Part shown: positions 58,801 through 64,000 of the stretch, piece after piece
Numbering within the stretch: the first letter of the stretch is position 1
How the letters are laid out: each line of letters starts with the position of its first letter
From: Bacillota bacterium
GTDB taxonomy: Bacteria > Bacillota > Dehalobacteriia > UBA4068 > UBA4997
DNA length: 64,000 bases
Direction of reading: 5' to 3'
Assembly: GCA_036677375.1 (NCBI GenBank)
Contig: JAVBWO010000024.1
Coordinates: 61,034 to 125,033 of the forward strand
Notes under the pieces: model-generated
Databases searched by the model: none
Seen by the model: the letters and a program-made list of their open reading frames with translations, nothing else
What the model was told of the DNA's origin: nothing
Made by a program: the position numbers and the translations under genes

Positions 58801-59517
58801 TTAGCCGCCGATATAGATCTTTTTCACTTCGTCCATTTCCATCAATTCCGTCGAAGTCCCTTCTAAAAGAATATGCCCCTGGGCCATAACATAGCCCCTT
58901 GTGGCAAAATCAAGAGCGATATCGACGATCTGCTCCACTACCACCACCGGAATATTCAGCTGTATGGTCAGCCGGTGCAACATGAAGTAAAGATCTTCCA
59001 CTACTTTAGGCGCCAGTCCCATGGAAATGTCGTCTAAAAGCAATAATTCCGGTTCACCCATGATGGCCTTGCCGATGGAAAGCATCTTACGCTGTCCGCC
59101 GCTCAAGGAAGCGGCCAACTGGTGTCTTTTTTCCTTTAATACAGGGAAAAACTCATAGACCACCTCCATATTACAGGCTTTCTTCTCCTTAGCCTTTTTC
59201 CTTTGGCAGGCAATGTGCAGATTTTCTTCAATGGTCAGTGTGGCAAAAGCACCTCCCTCTTCCGGCACTTGAATAATGCCTCTTTCAACAATCTGATGGG
59301 GCAGCAGGCGGTCGATCCGTTCTCCCTGATAAGAGATTTCACCGGATTTTACCTTCAGGATGCCGGAAATGGTTTTCAAAGTGCTGCTCTTTCCGGCACC
59401 GTTAGCGCCTACCAAGGCAACGCATTCCTTCTCCCCTACCTCAAAGGAAATGCCCTGGATGACGTCGACTTCCGGATCATAACCGGCGCGGATCTCCTTT
59501 ACTGTCAAGACGCTCAT
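58801..59517 (-). CDS. livF: branched-chain-type ABC transporter ATP-binding protein (LivF-like)
   Basis: Walker A GANGAGKSS, signature LSGGQRKM and Walker B LLLDDIS. Confidence 0.85.
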   Translation of the reverse strand: MSVLTVKEIRAGYDPEVDVIQGISFEVGEKECVALVGANGAGKSSTLKTISGILKVKSGEISYQGERIDRLLPHQIVERGIIQVPEEGGAFATLTIEENLHIACQRKKAKEKKACNMEVVYEFFPVLKEKRHQLAASLSGGQRKMLSIGKAIMGEPELLLLDDISMGLAPKVVEDLYFMLHRLTIQLNIPVVVVEQIVDIALDFATRGYVMAQGHILLEGTSTELMEMDEVKKIYIGG

Positions 59518-60245
59518 GATTTCCGCCCTCCTAAATAAGCCTCGATCACCTTTTCATCCTGGGCAACCTCGCCAGGCGTGCCTTGGCTGATGATAGAGCC
59601 TGCGTGCAATACCGAAACCTGGTCGCAGATCTCTTTGATGAACATCATGATATGTTCGATGACCACAATGGTGATACCGCATTGAGCCAGCTTTTTCATA
59701 AGATCCATCCGGGCGTAGATTTCTTCCCCGGAAAGACCGCAGGATACCTCGTCAAAAAGCATTAATTTGGGATTGCAGGCCAAGGCCCGGGCAATTTCCA
59801 CATTTTTTTTGTCCGGTAAGGAAAGATCGCCGGTGATCACATTTCGTTTTTCGGAAAGGCAGGTGAGCTCCATGATCTCATCCAAGGTAAAAAGCTGCCG
59901 TTCCTTATTGTATTTGCCGGCGGAAGCCCGCGCTACCCTGGCATTCTCATAAGGCGTCATGCTTTTAAAGGGCATGACCATCTGGAAACAGCGCCCGATG
60001 CCTTGACGGGCCAACTCACAGGTCTTTTCGCCGGTAATGTCCCGCCCGTCGAAAAAGACCTGCCCGCAATCAGGCTCAAAAACACCGCAGATGATATTGA
60101 ACAAAGTGGTCTTGCCGGAGCCGTTGGTACCAATGATCCCATAGATCTGCTTTTCCTCCACCGTCATATTGATATCGGAAAAGACCTGCAAACCGCCGAA
60201 GCTTTTGGCTAAATTCTTCAATTCTAATATTGGCATATCATTCAC
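59514..60245 (-). CDS. livG: branched-chain-type ABC transporter ATP-binding protein (LivG-like)
   Basis: Walker A GTNGSGKTT and Walker B MLFDEVS. Confidence 0.85.
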   Translation of the reverse strand: MNDMPILELKNLAKSFGGLQVFSDINMTVEEKQIYGIIGTNGSGKTTLFNIICGVFEPDCGQVFFDGRDITGEKTCELARQGIGRCFQMVMPFKSMTPYENARVARASAGKYNKERQLFTLDEIMELTCLSEKRNVITGDLSLPDKKNVEIARALACNPKLMLFDEVSCGLSGEEIYARMDLMKKLAQCGITIVVIEHIMMFIKEICDQVSVLHAGSIISQGTPGEVAQDEKVIEAYLGGRKS

Positions 60246-61230
60246 CCCTGCCGTTTTCCGGATTTGCGCCGCCGGTGTTCACCCTTGCCGTTTTTTTCGA
60301 AACTTGCTGTTTAATTTTAAGAAACAGCTTTTTCAGCCCGGGATAAAGGCCCTCTTTGCTGGTCATCATGATGACAATCAAGAGAAGGCCTAAGAGCATA
60401 TGGTGGCCGCCGCTAACGGCAATAGCGGAACGACCCCATTCCTGGAGACAGATGACAATGGTACTGCCAAATACCGTTCCCAAGACTGTGCCGACGCCGC
60501 CGATATAGGGCCCCAATAGGATGGCAATGCTGGTCGACATGCCAAAACTACCGCCCGGGTTAACAAAACAGCTGTATAAGGCATAGAAGCCGCCGGCCAG
60601 GCCTGTCAAAAAGGCGCCGATGACCAATGCGGTGGCCTTGGTACGGTAAATGTGAATACCGATCATCTGCGCCGCTGCCGGAACGTCACGCACCGCTTTG
60701 AAGCGCAGGCCCACGTCCCGGTTGACCAGCCATTTGACAAAAATAGTCACCGCAACGGTTAAGGCAAAAATCAAACCGTATAAAAAGTAATTGTTCATGT
60801 GGGGTACAAAGATGCCCCGGGTGGCAAACAAAGCGGGACTGGCAACAAAAATCTTCTCAAACACCACGCCCAATCCATAGGTACCCACCAGGAAGGGAAA
60901 ACCCTGGACTCTCAAAAGCGGATAAGAAATGAGCCAGGCAAACAAAGCCGCCAGCACCGCCCCAAAAAGAACCAGCAGCAATAAAGGAATCTGTAGGCCG
61001 TACCCGATGGGAAGACCCACGGTATAAGCGCCGATGCCCCAAAATACGGCATGGCCAAAAGAGATCTCGCCGATATAGCCGCCCAGAAGGTTCCAGCCAT
61101 GTCCGGCAATGATAAACAAGCAAATGTAAACAATAAAGTTGGCCAGAAAACTGCCTTTCGAGCCTACCAAAAAGGCCATATAAGCCAGAAAGAAGGCAGT
61201 TCCTACGATGATCCATTTTTTCATATTCAT
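60238..61230 (-). CDS. livM: branched-chain-type ABC transporter permease (LivM-like)
   Basis: Polytopic membrane protein with the GEISFGHAVF motif. Confidence 0.85.
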   Translation of the reverse strand: MNMKKWIIVGTAFFLAYMAFLVGSKGSFLANFIVYICLFIIAGHGWNLLGGYIGEISFGHAVFWGIGAYTVGLPIGYGLQIPLLLLVLFGAVLAALFAWLISYPLLRVQGFPFLVGTYGLGVVFEKIFVASPALFATRGIFVPHMNNYFLYGLIFALTVAVTIFVKWLVNRDVGLRFKAVRDVPAAAQMIGIHIYRTKATALVIGAFLTGLAGGFYALYSCFVNPGGSFGMSTSIAILLGPYIGGVGTVLGTVFGSTIVICLQEWGRSAIAVSGGHHMLLGLLLIVIMMTSKEGLYPGLKKLFLKIKQQVSKKTARVNTGGANPENGRGE

Positions 61231-61270
61231 ATGGTTTTCCCTCTCCTATTTCTCTCCTATCCCCTTCCCG

Positions 61271-62149
61271 CTAGTTTTTGCTGAACAAACCGGAGGGTTT
61301 TGCCACCAGCAAAATAAGCAGGCCGATGAAAAGCACCACTTCTTTCAAGGCCGGGATCCAAAAATAGCTGGTCAGAGATTCTACCACGCCGATGAGAAGG
61401 CCGGCGGCAATGGCGCCGCCCATGCTTCCCATGCCGCCGATGATCACAGCCACCCAGCCTTTAAAGGTTAAAGTAATGCCAATAGAAGGTGTGATCTGAT
61501 TGGTCAGAGCATAGAAGATCCCCGCGATCACCGCAATGGCGCCGGAGATCCCGAAAACCACAGCACAAATCTTTTGGTAATTGATCCCGGTCAGCATGGC
61601 GGAGACGCGGTCATCGGAACAGGCCCGGACTGAAATGCCCAAGCTGGTTTTTTTGAGAATCAGCTGTAAGATAATATAAATAACGATTACTGCCACAATG
61701 GATAAGAGATGAACCACCGGGAAACGCACAAATCCCAAATCAAGAATGCTGTTTCGGTAAGGAACCGCCATGGTACGGTAGGTGCCGGACCATAGGATGA
61801 ATTCCATGGCCATGATGCACATGCCGATCCCCCAGGTCACCATGACCTGCGCCTGATACCGCCCCTGCCATATTTCCATGGCCATAAACGGCTTCATGAA
61901 GATCGTCTGTACCAGGTAACCCAAAACAAAGAAGATGGGCAGCAAAACCAGCAAAGAAAGAAAAGGATCGATTCCCAAAAGGTTAAAAGCCCAAAACCCG
62001 GAATAAGCGGCCAGAATTGCCAAATCCCCATGCATATAGGAGCAAATGGTCAAACGGCCAAACACTAAAGCAAAGGATAAGCCGATCAAAGCATAAACGG
62101 AACCGGTACCCAATCCGCCTAAAAAGGTTTGTAATAAACCTTCAACCAT
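61271..62149 (-). CDS. livH: branched-chain-type ABC transporter permease (LivH-like)
   Basis: N-terminal GLGTGSVYALIGLSFALVFG motif. ATG 62149 follows GGGAGG. Confidence 0.85.
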   Translation of the reverse strand: MVEGLLQTFLGGLGTGSVYALIGLSFALVFGRLTICSYMHGDLAILAAYSGFWAFNLLGIDPFLSLLVLLPIFFVLGYLVQTIFMKPFMAMEIWQGRYQAQVMVTWGIGMCIMAMEFILWSGTYRTMAVPYRNSILDLGFVRFPVVHLLSIVAVIVIYIILQLILKKTSLGISVRACSDDRVSAMLTGINYQKICAVVFGISGAIAVIAGIFYALTNQITPSIGITLTFKGWVAVIIGGMGSMGGAIAAGLLIGVVESLTSYFWIPALKEVVLFIGLLILLVAKPSGLFSKN

Positions 62150-62212
62150 ATAACAAGACCTCCCATACAGAATCAACAGCCATTATAACGGAAAAAAGGC
62201 TGTTTCTCGCAG

Positions 62213-62845
62213 TTAGTAGCCCAACTTTTCTTTCAATACACTGATGGCGCTTTCATAAAAGAAGGCCGAGCATTTCGCCAGTTCTTCTTTTTTGGCCGTG
62301 AATTCTGTGGCCAGCTTGGGATCTTTGATGGAAGGCAGATTAATCGCGATATTCATAAAAGCGCCTTGGGCAGCGGTGCGGGCGCATTCGATACCTACGC
62401 CGCAGTCGCTCAAAGCATTGGTATTTCCGAAACGAATTACTTGTACCAGAGCCTCCCCTACGGCCACCGCCGTTTCCGCTGTTTGCATGGGGATCTTGGT
62501 GGCTTCCAGATTGGCGGCGGCAATGGCTTCTTTGCGGAGCGCTTTTTCCTGCTCCGTATTTTTCGGCATTTGGAAAGCCGCCATAACTTGATTGAAAGCG
62601 TCGGTATCGGCGTCCGCCAGTTCAATCAATTTTTCTCTGGCCTGATCCAAAACTTTTAAGGCCGTAGGCAGAACTTCCTGGGCTTCCGGATATTTATCGT
62701 TGCCGATGGTCAGACGGCATACCATGGCCCCCAGACCGGCCGCAAAAGCGCCTGCGGTAGCCGCGATGGTGCCGCCGCCGGGAGCGGGAGAGGACGAGGC
62801 CAGCTCCGCGGCAAAGTCTTCTACAGTCATTTTCATTAAAATCAT
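62213..62845 (-). CDS. formiminotetrahydrofolate cyclodeaminase-family protein (FtcD C-domain type)
   Basis: All-helical, with SSSPAPGGGTIAATAGAFAAGLGAMV typical of the cyclodeaminase/cyclohydrolase family. Confidence 0.8.
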   Translation of the reverse strand: MILMKMTVEDFAAELASSSPAPGGGTIAATAGAFAAGLGAMVCRLTIGNDKYPEAQEVLPTALKVLDQAREKLIELADADTDAFNQVMAAFQMPKNTEQEKALRKEAIAAANLEATKIPMQTAETAVAVGEALVQVIRFGNTNALSDCGVGIECARTAAQGAFMNIAINLPSIKDPKLATEFTAKKEELAKCSAFFYESAISVLKEKLGY

Positions 62846-62880
62846 GCTTCATACCCCTTTTCCATAAGCCTTTTAATGAG

Positions 62881-62919
62881 CAGGCAGGCGCCTGAGGAAG
62901 GCGCCTGCCTGATTTTTTT
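62881..62919 (+). other. perfect 12-bp GC-rich hairpin plus T7, oriented against the surrounding operon
   Basis: caggcaggcgcc tgaggaa ggcgcctgcctg gattttttt. On the sense (minus) strand there is no U-run after the stem. Confidence 0.6.
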
Positions 62920-63826
62920 AATCCGACAGGCCAAATAAATGATTATCAATGATCTGGTTCCTGTCAAAATGCTCCAATTGCAGGAAGTATTCCGCTACCA
63001 AGATCAAAGCCTCCTGGCGCAGGGTTCCCACCAACTCGCTTCCTGCCACATTAATGCCATAACGGGCAGCTTCCCGCTTCACAAACTCATAAGTACGGTA
63101 TAAAGGAGTCTGTTCATAATTAAACATATTCATGGATACCGCTACCTGGTTCCGTTCGGTAAACTTCAAACCTACGGCGCGGACGGTAGAGAAACCGCCG
63201 CTGGGACCGCGCACCGCTTTGGCGATCTTCTTGGCAATCTCCACATCATTGGTGTCTAAAATCACATTGTAAGCCACCAAAGGACTGGTCCCGGCGCTTA
63301 AGATCACAGCGCCGGCAGTGGGATGCAGCTTGCCTTCGCCCAAATCAGGTTTGCGCTCGTCGGTATGGGCCACTTCTTTTAAGCCATGATAGTGGCCTTT
63401 GCGGATAAAATCCATGGATTTGCGGGCTTCTGAGCGGGCGCTTTCCCCGGAAAAATAGACCGGCAGCTTTAAAGTGCTGTAAATATCCTGAGCCAGATCT
63501 TCAATGAATTCCTTGCATTCATCCAAAGTGATATTGGCCAGGGGAAAGATGGGAATGGTATCCTGGGCCCCGATGCAGGGGTGATTCCCCGTCTGGACAT
63601 TCATGTCGATCAAACGGATGGACGCTTCCGTCATCGCCAGCAGCGCTTTTTTCAAGGGAGCGGGTTCACCAATGGCTTCAATGACGGTGCGGTTGAAATC
63701 GGCATCCGGAAAATGGCCAATCAACTTCACCCCCGGGGTTTCCTGGAAGGGTTTGATGATCTCCGCAATCACTTCCGGACGCCTTCCGTCGCTGAAATTA
63801 GGCACAGCATGGATATATTGCTTCAT
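62918..63826 (-). CDS. glutamate formimidoyltransferase (FtcD N-domain type)
   Basis: VPNFSDGR N-terminus and formiminotransferase subdomain pattern. Confidence 0.85.
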   Translation of the reverse strand: MKQYIHAVPNFSDGRRPEVIAEIIKPFQETPGVKLIGHFPDADFNRTVIEAIGEPAPLKKALLAMTEASIRLIDMNVQTGNHPCIGAQDTIPIFPLANITLDECKEFIEDLAQDIYSTLKLPVYFSGESARSEARKSMDFIRKGHYHGLKEVAHTDERKPDLGEGKLHPTAGAVILSAGTSPLVAYNVILDTNDVEIAKKIAKAVRGPSGGFSTVRAVGLKFTERNQVAVSMNMFNYEQTPLYRTYEFVKREAARYGINVAGSELVGTLRQEALILVAEYFLQLEHFDRNQIIDNHLFGLSD

Positions 63827-63942
63827 GTCTTATTCTCCTTTATGTATTGAGATATTTTGAGATGTTTTAAAATGCTGGATCTTTGAGATGCGTTCAGAAA
63901 ATTAATTCCATATTCTTTCCGTATTCATCCTGATTCTATATT

Positions 63943-64000
63943 CTATTCTGCCTCGTCCGCTAAAATTGCCACCGCACGGATGGGAGAACCGGAGCCGGCG
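63943..64000 (-). CDS. 3' end of an unidentified upstream gene (…AGSGSPIRAVAILADEAE stop)
   Basis: Open frame running in from the window edge to TAG 63943-63945. Too short to assign. Confidence 0.3.
   Translation of the reverse strand, partial: AGSGSPIRAVAILADEAE

Noticed and set aside
58439-58804. 121-aa plus-strand ORF ending in a Phe/Leu-rich tract
   Set aside because: It is the antisense of the SBP signal peptide region and the purine-rich leader, with no start context.

Overview
A 64-kb chromosomal window from an endospore-forming Bacillota-type genome. Lineage evidence is spoVK and spoIID-like genes and Cheo-type LexA boxes. An lnt gene hints at a diderm or Negativicutes-like lineage (inference only).

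The backbone is mostly conserved housekeeping:
- a minC orphan, then mutS-mutL-miaA with no hfq, and lnt
- spoVK and a MacAB-like efflux operon
- a ynbB-like PLP enzyme and a divergent yneA-like/lexA SOS pair with three LexA boxes
- an acyl-ACP thioesterase and a patatin-like lipase
- sdhCAB, an endonuclease-IV-like TIM barrel gene, miaB and recJ
- secDF-yajC-tgt-queA, spoIID, DUF2905, queH, ruvCAB and mscL
- an aldehyde dehydrogenase
- a minus-strand operon joining split FtcD genes (formimidoyltransferase plus cyclodeaminase) to a Liv-type ABC importer
- two tRNAs, Trp-CCA and Thr-CGT

Two mobile elements are readable directly:
1. A 1280-bp IS3-family element with 25-bp imperfect inverted repeats, a 3-bp GTC target duplication and overlapping orfA/orfB frames. 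It sits in the loop of the spoVK terminator hairpin.
2. A roughly 12.1-kb AT-richer island in the 3' half of tRNA-Thr, bounded by a perfect 50-bp direct repeat.
   - It keeps a tyrosine integrase, a cI/cro switch with three palindromic operators and two near-consensus promoters, a YqaJ-exonuclease/DUF1351/RecT module and a fragmentary late region ending in an amidase.
   - It has no terminase, portal, capsid, tape measure or replication genes.

The best candidates for undescribed biology are cargo genes in this island:
- a PD-(D/E)xK (HsdR_N-like) nuclease-fold protein in the cI-int moron slot
- a pentapeptide-repeat protein built from about 16 nearly identical 15-bp units just upstream of the recombination genes (possible DNA-mimic, Gam-like role)
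- a small Cys-rich gene with its own promoter, embedded antisense in the early operon

All family calls come from motif recognition by eye. No database search was run.
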